From Spirochaetales bacterium (lineage in GTDB: Bacteria; Bacillota; Clostridia; Christensenellales; UBA1242), in NCBI GenBank assembly GCA_050178795.1, contig JBFXFT010000006.1, positions 315 through 64,314 on the forward strand: a stretch of 64,000 nucleotides of DNA. The letters are read 5' to 3'. Shown piece after piece: positions 38,780 to 48,544 of this stretch. The translations under genes were made by a program, and so were the position numbers. How positions within the stretch are numbered: the stretch's first letter is position 1; every line of letters begins with the position of its first letter. The notes under the pieces are model-generated. The model worked only from the letters and a program-made list of their open reading frames with translations, made no database searches and was not told where the DNA came from.

Positions 38780-39250
38780 ATGAATGAAGTTAAATTTTTA
38801 TTTAACAGTAATGAAGGCGAAACAAAAATAGATATTTATCATAAAATAGAAATAGCATATAAAGAAGATGGTCTATTTTGCATAAATGGTGGAGGCGGTT
38901 TTTGCCTTTACTTAGGTGAGTCATACATTAACATTGGTATTGACGGAAATAACAAGAGAGTAGAAAACTTTGGTGGCTTATTTAATTTAAAGGAAACAAA
39001 AAACGCTTCAATTGAATTGCCTAAAAAAGTTGTAAAGGGACTTCTTTATGTTAATAGTGAAAAAGAATTTAAAGATGGTTTTGCTACACGTATTGTTTTT
39101 AGTGAAAAACGTTTATATGATATAAAAAATAAAGTTTTACAAATTGGTGAGTATGACCCAAATAAACTTAGTTTACAGTTTTTTAAAAACGCTTATGCTC
39201 AACTTTCAAAAGATGGTGTTCTAGAGGGAATCATCATAACTGGAATATAA
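38780..39250 (+). CDS. Small cytoplasmic protein downstream of the glycine-zipper protein (possible cognate partner)
   Basis: AGGAG lies 10 nt before the ATG at 38780. 157 aa, with no TM helix or signal peptide. A terminator follows at about 39296-39325. Confidence 0.5.
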   Translation: MNEVKFLFNSNEGETKIDIYHKIEIAYKEDGLFCINGGGGFCLYLGESYINIGIDGNNKRVENFGGLFNLKETKNASIELPKKVVKGLLYVNSEKEFKDGFATRIVFSEKRLYDIKNKVLQIGEYDPNKLSLQFFKNAYAQLSKDGVLEGIIITGI

Positions 39251-39420
39251 AAAACAACTTTAATTTTTTATGTAAGTCTTTTGTTTTATTTTTTAACAAC
39301 TCGGTTAACAGCCGAGTTGTTTTTTAGTGTAAATTTGTTATTTTATTTTGGTTTAGATATTGAAGTAAAGAATGGTTTTTGTTATAATGTGAGTAAATAT
39401 AAACAACTTATGAGGTACTA

Positions 39421-40764
39421 ATGACACAAGCGGTTGCAAAAACTAATTTTTGGAAATATTTAATTGAAACTTCTAAAAAATCAAGTTATTTGGTGGTTAT
39501 TGGAATAATTACTGCGCTTTATATGACAATAAGTTCGGTTTTTGCAAACACTATGCCATTAAAAGAACTTACATATTTTAACGCTATGTTTTCGCTCGCT
39601 TATTTTTCTAGCATAATTGGCTTTGGAATTGCAGGCGGAGTTGCTATATATATCAACCAAAACTATAAAAACAAAGATGTCGTTGCCAATTACAATAGGT
39701 ATGGCTTATTCCTTACGGTAATTTTGGCGGCAATATTTGTAATTTTGATTGTACTATTTAAAGAAGTAATTTTTGACTATATTTTTAACATTGATGTGGC
39801 AGGAGATTATACCTTCTTTTACTTAATGTGCGCGTATATATTTTTAAATTGTATCAATCGTTATTTTATGCATACTTTAAAAAATATGAAAGAATTTAAA
39901 GCACAATTATTACAAATTGCAATATATTCTACATTGATTGTAGTTGCGCTTTTAATTTTAAACTTTATGGGCGGAATATATTTAAACCTTGTTGGTTTTA
40001 TTTATGTGGGCGTTTCAATTTTAAGTGTTATTCTATTCTATTTTATATTTTTGAAAAATAAAAATTATGGTATAAATCTTTTGGTTTTTAAAAAGTTAAA
40101 ATTTACATATAAAGAGTTTTCTACAATTATGTATATGGCTTTTTCCGAAATTATTTGGCAAATTGGCTATATGTTTACTGCGATGTTCCTGTTAAAGGTA
40201 AGTGAAATATACTTTAACGCATATTCATATTATGAAAATGTTTTAGACTTTTTTAATACTTTATACTTTAGTTTTATTGTAATAACGAGCATTGACATAA
40301 CGCGTGCGCTTGGCGAAAACAAGAAAGATGAAGCCTATATGCACGGCAAATATTCAATTTATTTTAGTATTTTTATTTGGGTCGTGTATGCGCTATGTAG
40401 TTTAGCATTAATTGTTCCAATAAATTCTGGAATAAATATTGACGTTAGACCCATTGCCACAATAGCGATGATTCTATATGTCTCAACACACTTGTTTAGA
40501 TTCATAGTTTGGAATTTGTCAAGTTATGTCATAATTTGGGGCGGTAAAGTAAAAACAGTATTTTGGCTTGAATTTTTGTCCGCAATATATTATGTCTTAA
40601 TATTTGTCTTTGCTGATTACTTTCCAAGTTCAATATATTGGGCATTCTTCTTCATAAGTTTGGACAACATAATAAAAACCCCAATATATTTAATAATGTT
40701 TAAAAACAAAAAATGGCTTGTAAATTTAACGGCTCCAAACCCAAATCCAGAGTTAAACACCTAA
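39421..40764 (+). CDS. 12-TM transporter/flippase-like membrane protein (MATE/MOP-superfamily-like)
   Basis: About 12 hydrophobic helices and a 447-aa size. Resemblance to MATE N-terminal organisation is loose. Confidence 0.45.
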   Translation: MTQAVAKTNFWKYLIETSKKSSYLVVIGIITALYMTISSVFANTMPLKELTYFNAMFSLAYFSSIIGFGIAGGVAIYINQNYKNKDVVANYNRYGLFLTVILAAIFVILIVLFKEVIFDYIFNIDVAGDYTFFYLMCAYIFLNCINRYFMHTLKNMKEFKAQLLQIAIYSTLIVVALLILNFMGGIYLNLVGFIYVGVSILSVILFYFIFLKNKNYGINLLVFKKLKFTYKEFSTIMYMAFSEIIWQIGYMFTAMFLLKVSEIYFNAYSYYENVLDFFNTLYFSFIVITSIDITRALGENKKDEAYMHGKYSIYFSIFIWVVYALCSLALIVPINSGINIDVRPIATIAMILYVSTHLFRFIVWNLSSYVIIWGGKVKTVFWLEFLSAIYYVLIFVFADYFPSSIYWAFFFISLDNIIKTPIYLIMFKNKKWLVNLTAPNPNPELNT

Positions 40765-40779
40765 CATAAAAAAACTAGG

Positions 40780-41031
40780 TTATTTACCTAGTTTTTTTTG
40801 TTTATATTCCATATATGTTAGTAAGCCAATTATATAGTTTATGTCGTCAAACATATTTATATATGTGTCTTCTAGTATCGCGTTTCTTAGTTCGTTTACC
40901 GAAACGCCCATAAACTCCAAATAGAGTTTTGCAGTTTGGTAAACCGTTCTCTGGTCTTCTATTCCTGGTTTATTGTCTAGTTCGTCATATAGTTTTCCAA
41001 GTTCAATCATAACTTTTATTACATTTTCCAT
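40780..41031 (-). CDS. Hypothetical small protein
   Basis: 83-aa ORF lying 2 nt downstream of the UDG-like gene. Confidence 0.4.
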   Translation of the reverse strand: MENVIKVMIELGKLYDELDNKPGIEDQRTVYQTAKLYLEFMGVSVNELRNAILEDTYINMFDDINYIIGLLTYMEYKQKKLGK

Positions 41032-41033
41032 AT

Positions 41034-41675
41034 TTATTTTTCCTTTAAAATTTGTTTAATGTCTTCTAGTGCTTTATGTTGGTTAAATATTCCATTTCCG
41101 ACAGGGTAGTGTATTACAAAGCATTCAAAATTTTTGTCTTTAATTTTTAGTGAGAATTTTTGTTGTCTACAAGTTGAAACACTAATTTTTTTGTCTAAAA
41201 CTATTGACGCTACTTGATTGCCAAACAAAAATATGGTTTCGGGGTTTACCCTGTAAAGTTCTTCAAGCAAAAGTTCTTTATAGTTTAAAAATACGCTGTC
41301 ATCTAGTGGTCTTGCGTCGTCTTGAGAGCATTTTGCCAAATTTGTAATCCAAAGTTTTTGGTTTTTGACCTCGTCATACACTTCTTTGCAAAAGTTTTTG
41401 TCCCATTCGCTTGGCTTTAAACCTTGTATTTTTTCATTTAATTTTGCATCAAATAGCGAGCATTTAGTTAAAAAGTTCCAAATTTGTTTTGTCGTTAGCC
41501 ATGGGGCGCTTATGTCGTCCCAGTTGGTATTTGATGAAATATTGCGCTTTGTAGGGTTCATAAAAACAAGCGCAAATTTTGCGTTTTTGCTTTTTCCGTT
41601 GCCGTATACGCTTTTTAGGTTTTGCGAGCCATATATGCTTTGCAATTTGTCATATTTTTCATGTAAATCTTTCAT
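41034..41675 (-). CDS. Uracil-DNA glycosylase superfamily protein
   Basis: 'FALVFMNPT' (motif A-like), 'ITNLAKCS' and 'VIHYPVGNG' (motif B-like H-P). Confidence 0.55.
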   Translation of the reverse strand: MKDLHEKYDKLQSIYGSQNLKSVYGNGKSKNAKFALVFMNPTKRNISSNTNWDDISAPWLTTKQIWNFLTKCSLFDAKLNEKIQGLKPSEWDKNFCKEVYDEVKNQKLWITNLAKCSQDDARPLDDSVFLNYKELLLEELYRVNPETIFLFGNQVASIVLDKKISVSTCRQQKFSLKIKDKNFECFVIHYPVGNGIFNQHKALEDIKQILKEK

Positions 41676-41755
41676 AGTTCAATTATAGCATATAATTATT
41701 ATATTCTATTTGTTTTAATTAATTTATGGTATATTAATTTAGGTATTTTTGAGTA

Positions 41756-41784
41756 TTGACACACATTATTAATTGGGGTATAAT
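41756..41784 (+). promoter_or_regulatory. Consensus sigma-A promoter of the GLUG protein gene
   Basis: TTGACA, a 17-nt spacer, then TATAAT. Confidence 0.6.
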
Positions 41785-41841
41785 AAACATATAAAATTTC
41801 GGGCAGATAATAACTTAATTTAATCTATTGGAAGGGGTTAT

Positions 41842-44601
41842 ATGAAAAGATTTTTAGTTTTTGTAATAATTTGTATTGTTACTTTGAGTTTAGGTTTAAC
41901 TACCTATTACTTTTTGCGAGACAATGAGGTAATAGTTGTTAACAGCACTTATTTTGAGGTTAATATTGGGGACTCTTTTGAAATAGATTACGAGCACACA
42001 AATCCTAGCCCTACAACAGAGCTTACTTTTACGTCATATCAACCTGACATTGTTTATTTTAGCCCAGCAAATAATAAGTTTTATGCTGCTGCAGGTGGTA
42101 AGGCAATAATTGAGGTTAGTTCAAACAAAAAAGACTTCCAAGCAGTTACTATTGAGGTTTCTGTAGGTGATGGAACAACAAACGCACCTTTCTATATTAC
42201 TTCGGCAGAAACTTTAATGACAATAGGCACGAATGAAACTATGACTATGGATAAGTCTTATGTTTTGCAAGAAGATATTGACCTTGCTTCATACAATGAC
42301 GGCATATTTATTCCTATTGGAAACAGTGCGGCAGAGGGCGAGGCTTTTAGTGGAACTTTTAACTTTAACGGACACACAATTTACAATATGAATATAACTC
42401 AAGAAGATTTACCAAATGGCGTTAGCGTTTCAAATGCGGGACTATTTTCTGTTTTGGAACTTGGCGCAACAGTTAAAAATTTGAATATGGAAACAGTTAC
42501 AATAACTGGTTACTTTGACAATGCAGGTGCAATAGCAGGTTTAAACTATGGCACAATTGAAAGAAGCCAAGTATTGAGCGGAACAATAACAAACTTAGAT
42601 ACAGATGGAAGCACTGGTGGTATTGCAGGAAAGCAAACAGTAGTGAGTGAATTAAGACCACAAATAAACAGAGTTTACACAGCAATCAGTGTTGACGGTG
42701 CAAAATATGCTGGCGGTATAGTTGGCTATAACCTTGGCGGAACAGTACTTAACTGTTATTCAAGCAGCCAAGTAAATGGGGACTCAAACGCAGTTGCTGG
42801 CGGACTAGTTGGCTTAAATGCTTTTGGTACATTTGAGACTGCACCTTATGTTGCTAGACTTAAAGATTGTTACTTTGACGGTGTTGTAAGCGGAACAAGT
42901 ACTCATAGAGGCATAATTATTGGTGAAAACTTAAACTACGACGACCAATTTGACTTTAACACAGTAAGAGGTGTTTACTACTCTACAGAAATCTCTGGCG
43001 AGATGGTTGCAGTAAGCAACATAGCAAATGAAAGTCTAAGTCCAAATTATGGCATATTTAATAAGACACTTGCAGAACTTCAACAACAAGCAAATTATTA
43101 TTCATATACCGATTTGCAAGACGCAGACATTTACTGGATATTCAACAAAGTTTGGTTGATATCTAGCGACACTAATGACGGTTTACCATATCTAAACATG
43201 GAAGGACCAAAAGTTGATGGCGGTTTTGATACAATTGACGATGGAATAAGCATCAACAATCCAACCGATTTAGTAAATATATCTATGACTGGCACTTATG
43301 TATTACGTACAAACCTTGACTTAATTGCCTTTACAGATTGGACTCCACTTGGAACAGAGGCAGAGCCATTTAATGGTAAGTTATATATAGCAATAGACCC
43401 AGCGACAGATGACTACTATAAGATAAGCAATCTTTCTATAACTACAAATAATGCAGGTAGCGGACTATTTGGATTTATTGGACCTGAAGGTTATGTAAAA
43501 GGACTTTATTTATATCAAGTAAACATTGAAGGTGGCAATAATATAGGTGCCGTTGCTGGTGTAAACAATGGTATAATAGAGGACTGTAAAGTAATAAACG
43601 AAGAAAATGAAGAGCAAACAAGAGTATTAACAGGCAGAAACTTAACAGGTGAGTTTAACATTGGCAGTCTTGTAGGACTTTCAAACAGCTCAATAACTAA
43701 TTGTTATGCTCAAATTAAAATAGAGGCTCAAAGCACTAATGGATATCAAACAAATGCTGGCGGTCTTGTAGGTTACAATAAAGGTACAGTTGATAACAGT
43801 TACTCAAATAGTAAACTATTTAGTGTAAATGGTTACTCTAACTACATAGGCGGTATCGCTGGTAATAACGAAGGAACTATTGAACTAAGTTACTTTACTG
43901 GTAACTTAACAGGAAACGTTACATCTGAACAAGTTTGGGTTGGTGGTCTTGTAGGTTACAACTCTATATCAGGTATAGTAAAAACATCATTCACAGATTT
44001 TGGTAGATACCAAAGCCTAATAGTTGGCGGTATAGTAGGAACAACTAGGGGACTAATTACTGAGTGCTACGCTGGAAACATCAGCATTAAAGCAGAATAC
44101 GCAGGCGGTTTAGCATTTAACATTGCAGAGGGCGAAATAAACAACTGTTACAGTGTTGCATATATTCAAGGTTTGAGTTCAACTAGTAGAAAAGCAGGTT
44201 TTGCTTACTTCATTGAATATCACCAAGATACTTATGGACAACTTAAAAATTGTTTCTCTGCTACAAGTTTTGACTTTGTGGGCACAAACTATACTGAAAC
44301 TTATGCTCCAGTAAGATCAGAAGGCTTCTTAACTCCAAGGCAAGCAGGTTACATATATGACTCTATATACGATGACCAAGGACAAAAATCAACTATTCAA
44401 GGTTTCTATGGACTTTTCAATACAGAGTTTATTATTCCACAAGAATTAAGAGATATTCCTGTAACTACAGACCAAGCAATGGGAGAGGAAGGATTATTTG
44501 CAATATTCTACGAACACGGCTTTAACTCTGAAATATGGAACTTTGCAATAGGCGAATATCCAACTTTAAAAAATGTTATTGAGTTGCAAGACGCTGAATA
44601 A
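41842..44601 (+). CDS. Large N-terminally anchored surface protein with repeated GLUG motifs
   Basis: N-terminal TM helix. Repeated motifs include 'NAGLFSV', 'AGAIAGLNYGTIE', 'AGGIVGYNLGGTVLNCYS', 'AGGLVGLNAFG', 'GSGLFGFI', 'IGAVAGVNNGIIEDC', 'AGGLVGYNKGTVDNSYS' and 'IGGIAGNNEGTIELSY'. Confidence 0.7.
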   Translation: MKRFLVFVIICIVTLSLGLTTYYFLRDNEVIVVNSTYFEVNIGDSFEIDYEHTNPSPTTELTFTSYQPDIVYFSPANNKFYAAAGGKAIIEVSSNKKDFQAVTIEVSVGDGTTNAPFYITSAETLMTIGTNETMTMDKSYVLQEDIDLASYNDGIFIPIGNSAAEGEAFSGTFNFNGHTIYNMNITQEDLPNGVSVSNAGLFSVLELGATVKNLNMETVTITGYFDNAGAIAGLNYGTIERSQVLSGTITNLDTDGSTGGIAGKQTVVSELRPQINRVYTAISVDGAKYAGGIVGYNLGGTVLNCYSSSQVNGDSNAVAGGLVGLNAFGTFETAPYVARLKDCYFDGVVSGTSTHRGIIIGENLNYDDQFDFNTVRGVYYSTEISGEMVAVSNIANESLSPNYGIFNKTLAELQQQANYYSYTDLQDADIYWIFNKVWLISSDTNDGLPYLNMEGPKVDGGFDTIDDGISINNPTDLVNISMTGTYVLRTNLDLIAFTDWTPLGTEAEPFNGKLYIAIDPATDDYYKISNLSITTNNAGSGLFGFIGPEGYVKGLYLYQVNIEGGNNIGAVAGVNNGIIEDCKVINEENEEQTRVLTGRNLTGEFNIGSLVGLSNSSITNCYAQIKIEAQSTNGYQTNAGGLVGYNKGTVDNSYSNSKLFSVNGYSNYIGGIAGNNEGTIELSYFTGNLTGNVTSEQVWVGGLVGYNSISGIVKTSFTDFGRYQSLIVGGIVGTTRGLITECYAGNISIKAEYAGGLAFNIAEGEINNCYSVAYIQGLSSTSRKAGFAYFIEYHQDTYGQLKNCFSATSFDFVGTNYTETYAPVRSEGFLTPRQAGYIYDSIYDDQGQKSTIQGFYGLFNTEFIIPQELRDIPVTTDQAMGEEGLFAIFYEHGFNSEIWNFAIGEYPTLKNVIELQDAE

Positions 44602-44709
44602 AAAATAAATTAAATAAAAAATAGACATTTTAAAATGTCTATTTTTTTGTCGTGAAATCGTACAGAAAAAAAGCCCAAGAAAAAACTTAGACTTTTAATT
44701 TTTTATCTT

Positions 44710-45000
44710 TTAATTTTGTTCGCTATTTTCGCTATCTTCTTTTACCGCTTTTTCATAAGCTGCTAGAACTGAAGAGTCAATCAATTGTCTAGTAGGGGTA
44801 TCAATTGGATGCGCAATGTCCTTAAACTCACCATCTGGAGTTTTTCTGCTAGGCATAGGAACAAAATAACCATTATTACCTTCAACAACTTTGATGTCGT
44901 GAATTACAAAACAACCATCAATTGTCATAGAAGCAACGGCTTTTAGTTTGCTATCATCCTTTTTTACTAGGCGAATACGAATATCTGTAATGTTTAACAA
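44710..45000 (-). CDS. spoVG: Septation/regulatory protein SpoVG (TTG start)
   Basis: 'ITDIRIRLVKKDDSKLKAVASMTIDGCFVIHDIKVVEGNNGYFVPMPSRKTPDGEFKDIAHPI'. Confidence 0.9.
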   Translation of the reverse strand: MLNITDIRIRLVKKDDSKLKAVASMTIDGCFVIHDIKVVEGNNGYFVPMPSRKTPDGEFKDIAHPIDTPTRQLIDSSVLAAYEKAVKEDSENSEQN

Positions 45001-45225
45001 GCTAAATCACCATCCTTTTTAGATTAGCTTTTAATATTAGCTACTTTTAGTTTACATACTTTTTTTTAAAAAAACAAATAAAATAAACTATTTTTATTGA
45101 TTTTAAAGCGTCCAAATGCACTAAATACGGCAAAATTGAATTATTTTTATATTTTTGTAGTAATTTTGCAATATTTTTATTTTTGGAAGTGAGGGCTAAT
45201 TTTTAAATAATTTCTCATAAAAACC

Positions 45226-45254
45226 TTGACTAAACAAGCATTTCATTATATAAT
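45226..45254 (+). promoter_or_regulatory. Consensus promoter of rpmE
   Basis: TTGACT, a 17-nt spacer, then TATAAT. Confidence 0.6.
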
Positions 45255-45285
45255 GACTAGGCTACAAATTATAGAGGTGATTAAA

Positions 45286-45489
45286 GTGAAACAAGGAATA
45301 CATCCTAATTATCATGAAGTTGAAGTAACTTGCGCTTGCGGTGAGACTTTTAAGACTAGAGCAGTAAAAGACGGACAAGAAATGAGAGTGGAAATTTGCA
45401 AAAATTGCCATCCTTTTTACACAGGCAAAAGAAAGTTAGTTGACAGCGGCGGAAGAGTTGAAAAATTTAACAAGCGCCTTGGTAGATAG
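45286..45489 (+). CDS. rpmE: 50S ribosomal protein L31 (Cys-containing type A), GTG start
   Basis: '[24 protein letters not shown]...[11 protein letters not shown]'. RBS AGAGGTGA lies 6 nt before the GTG at 45286. Confidence 0.9.
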   Translation: MKQGIHPNYHEVEVTCACGETFKTRAVKDGQEMRVEICKNCHPFYTGKRKLVDSGGRVEKFNKRLGR

Positions 45490-45557
45490 CAATTAATTTA
45501 GGACATAAAAATTTTGAAAACTAGTAGCTTTACTAGTTTTTTTAAAGGAGAATTACT

Positions 45558-46397
45558 GTGTTTAATTTGTTGTCTTTAAAAAGACAAGTAAATGAAATAT
45601 TTATAGGCAAGGGTATTGATGACAAATCAGAAACCGACTGGCTTTTTTGTAATGTATTAAAAATTAGTCGCACCGAACTTTTAATGAAGACAGAAGTTAC
45701 CTTTTGGCAACATATAAAAATTTTAAGGCTTGCAAAAAAACGTGCAAGGGGAATACCTCTAAGCCACATATTTAGAGAGAGTTATTTTTATGGGCTTACG
45801 TTTAAAGTAAATAAAAGCGTGCTTACACCGAGGAAAGAAACAGAACTTTTAGTAGAACAAATAATAAACGACTATAAGGGTACAAAAAACAAAAAAATAC
45901 TTGACCTTTGCACTGGTAGCGGTGCCATTGCAGTAGCATTAAGCAAAAATTTAAAGGACAAAATTACCGCTAGTGACATAAGTAACAGCGCTCTAAAAGT
46001 TGCAAGGCATAACATTAAACATTTAGATGCAAGCGTAACTCTATTAAAAAGCGACTTGTTTGAAAATATAACTGGCAAATTTAACGCAATAGTAAGCAAC
46101 CCTCCATACATTAAGACTGAAGACATAGATTCTTTGCAAGTTGAGGTTAAAAAGTATGACCCATTACTTGCCTTAGACGGCGGTAATGATGGACTAGATT
46201 TTTTTAAAGAAATTATAAAAAAGGCTCCACAAAAACTTGAAGAAAATGGTAGAATATACTTAGAAGTAGGTAAGGGACAAGCAAAAGCCGTTTCTAAGTT
46301 ACTTGAAAAAAATTTTATTAACATTAAAATTATAAAAGACTACAGCGGCGTAGAGCGCATAGTATACGCCACAAAGGGTAAAAGTTATGATAAATAA
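45558..46397 (+). CDS. prmC: Release-factor glutamine N5-methyltransferase
   Basis: 'ILDLCTGSGAIAVAL' and 'IVSNPPYIKTEDI'. GTG start with RBS AAAGGAG. Confidence 0.85.
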   Translation: MFNLLSLKRQVNEIFIGKGIDDKSETDWLFCNVLKISRTELLMKTEVTFWQHIKILRLAKKRARGIPLSHIFRESYFYGLTFKVNKSVLTPRKETELLVEQIINDYKGTKNKKILDLCTGSGAIAVALSKNLKDKITASDISNSALKVARHNIKHLDASVTLLKSDLFENITGKFNAIVSNPPYIKTEDIDSLQVEVKKYDPLLALDGGNDGLDFFKEIIKKAPQKLEENGRIYLEVGKGQAKAVSKLLEKNFINIKIIKDYSGVERIVYATKGKSYDK

Positions 46398-47463
46398 ACT
46401 ACAAAACATTAAGGGACGATATAACGAAGTAAACGATTTAATGCTACAACCAGACATTATGTCTAATCAAAAGGAGTACATTAAATTAGCAAAAGAGTTA
46501 AAAAATTTAACTCCTGTTGCCATGCTATATGATGAGTATTTGTTGGTATTAAAAAACCTTGAAGACGCAAGAAAAATGTTGAAACAAGAAAAAGACATTG
46601 AAATGCAAGACTTTTTGAGTGAAGAAATTTTAGAATCAGAAGAAAAAATTGGTAAAATGGAAGAAGAGTTAAAAATACTTCTTTTGCCAAAAGACGAAAA
46701 TGACGATAAAAACGTAATAGTAGAAATTCGTGCAGGTGCAGGCGGAGACGAGGCGAGCCTATTCGGTGGCGAAATTATGAGAATGTACCTAAAATATGCC
46801 GAGCGTCAACGCTGGAAGGTGACAGTTTTAGACATAAGCGAAACTGAACTTGGTGGCATAAAAGAGGCTAGCATATCAATAAAAGGTAACGGCGTTTATA
46901 GCAAGTTAAAGTACGAAAGCGGAGTACATAGGGTGCAACGCGTACCAGAGACAGAAAGTCAAGGTAGGGTACACACTTCAACCATTACAGTTGCAGTGCT
47001 ACCAGAGGCAGAAGAGGTTGATTTTGAAATTGACCCAAAAGATTTACGAATAGATACTTACCGTTCTTCTGGTGCAGGCGGTCAACACGTAAATACCACT
47101 GACTCTGCAATAAGAATTACTCACCTTCCTACTGGAATGGTGGTAACTTGTCAAAATGAGCGTAGTCAACTACAAAACAAAGAAATGGCTATGTATATGC
47201 TAAAGACAAAACTAAATGATTATTACCAAAGCCAAAAAGACGCGGAGTACGCCGAAAACAGAAAGTCGCAAGTAGGAACTGGCGACAGAAGCGAAAGAAT
47301 AAGGACCTATAACTATCCACAAGGTAGGGTTAGCGACCACAGAATTAATTTGACATTATATAGCCTACCTCAAATTTTGAATGGCGATATGGATGAACTT
47401 ATAACATCGCTTGAAATGGCAGACCAAAAAGCAAAACTTGAAGCCAATATAGATGAAGATTAA
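46387..47463 (+). CDS. prfA: Peptide chain release factor 1
   Basis: 'RVQRVPETESQGRVHTST' (PxT anticodon-mimic region) and 'SGAGGQHVNTTDSAIRITHLPTG' (GGQ). Confidence 0.95.
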   Translation: MINKLQNIKGRYNEVNDLMLQPDIMSNQKEYIKLAKELKNLTPVAMLYDEYLLVLKNLEDARKMLKQEKDIEMQDFLSEEILESEEKIGKMEEELKILLLPKDENDDKNVIVEIRAGAGGDEASLFGGEIMRMYLKYAERQRWKVTVLDISETELGGIKEASISIKGNGVYSKLKYESGVHRVQRVPETESQGRVHTSTITVAVLPEAEEVDFEIDPKDLRIDTYRSSGAGGQHVNTTDSAIRITHLPTGMVVTCQNERSQLQNKEMAMYMLKTKLNDYYQSQKDAEYAENRKSQVGTGDRSERIRTYNYPQGRVSDHRINLTLYSLPQILNGDMDELITSLEMADQKAKLEANIDED

Positions 47464-47470
47464 AATTAAT

Positions 47471-47497
47471 AAAAAAAGAGGGGTGTCCCTCTTTTTT
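47471..47497. terminator. Bidirectional terminator between prfA and degV
   Basis: GAGGG-gtgt-CCCTC flanked by A7 and T6 runs. Confidence 0.8.
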
Positions 47498-48377
47498 ATT
47501 TGGCCTTTACTCGATCCTTTCCTAAAAATACTATGCCTAGCGTATCAGGTCCCGTGTGGGATCCAATTACTGGTCCAATATTTTTAATTATTACATTGAC
47601 CTTATGAAAATGTTTTTGAGTAAACTTTTTTAATAGTTCGGCGTCCTCTAAACAGTTCGCTTGCGCTATGTAAACATCTTGCTCTATGTTCTCTAAGCCC
47701 ATTTCTTCCAATTTATCCACTAAAATTTTAATGGCTTTTTTGGTGCCTATTGCCTTTGCAACAATGTCAAGTTTGCCCTCATTATTTATTGTTAAAATTG
47801 GCTTAGTTTGTAGCACTGTTCCTATTACTGCTTTGGCACCGCTAATTCTGCCGCCACGCCTTAAATGAAATAGGTCACTAATTAAAAACCAGTGTTGTAT
47901 TTTGTGCTTAATTTCTTGAAGTTCGTTAAATATGCCTTGTGCTGTTTTACCCTTGTTTCTCTCTTGCACTGCGTATTTTACTAAAATATTTTGCCCTTGA
48001 GTGGCACTAAGGCTATCCACCACATATATTTTATTGTCTTTATATTTTTGCATAACGCTTTCTGCCGCTTGGTTTGAATTGTCATAAGTTCCGCTTAAAG
48101 CACTAGAAAGGCTAATATGCACTATGTCGCAATCATATTGTTTTATTAGTTTTTCAAAATATTCTTCAACCTCAAAGGCATTTAGCATAGAAGTGGTTGG
48201 CATTGCGCCATCTTTCATCTTTGCATAAAAATTATCATAGTCTTCTTGACTATCAAAATTGTCCCTGTATTCTTTGTCTAAAATATATAACATAGGAATA
48301 TAACTTACATTATTTTCCACTAAAACACTTTTAAATTCGTCCAAACAACTGTCACTGCTAATAATAACTTGTTTCAT
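47496..48377 (-). CDS. DegV-family fatty-acid-binding protein
   Basis: 'VIISSDSCLD' at the N-terminus, a 293-aa size, and 'VIGSHTGPDTLGIVF' near the C-terminus. Confidence 0.85.
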   Translation of the reverse strand: MKQVIISSDSCLDEFKSVLVENNVSYIPMLYILDKEYRDNFDSQEDYDNFYAKMKDGAMPTTSMLNAFEVEEYFEKLIKQYDCDIVHISLSSALSGTYDNSNQAAESVMQKYKDNKIYVVDSLSATQGQNILVKYAVQERNKGKTAQGIFNELQEIKHKIQHWFLISDLFHLRRGGRISGAKAVIGTVLQTKPILTINNEGKLDIVAKAIGTKKAIKILVDKLEEMGLENIEQDVYIAQANCLEDAELLKKFTQKHFHKVNVIIKNIGPVIGSHTGPDTLGIVFLGKDRVKAK

Positions 48378-48544
48378 AAATCCTCCAAAATATTGATGTT
48401 AAAAGTATATAATAAAAGGGCAATTTATGCAAATGGTTTTGCTTCGTTTTTTGTATAACATATTTTAACAAAGTTGGAGTAAAATGGTGCAATATTTAAA
48501 AAAATATGTTAAAATAACAGCATAGAAAATAAGGAGACCTTGGT

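Noticed and set aside
48378-48544. T-box leader upstream of asnS
   Set aside because: No AGGGTGGNACCGCG-type T-box sequence and no terminator/antiterminator pair is present.
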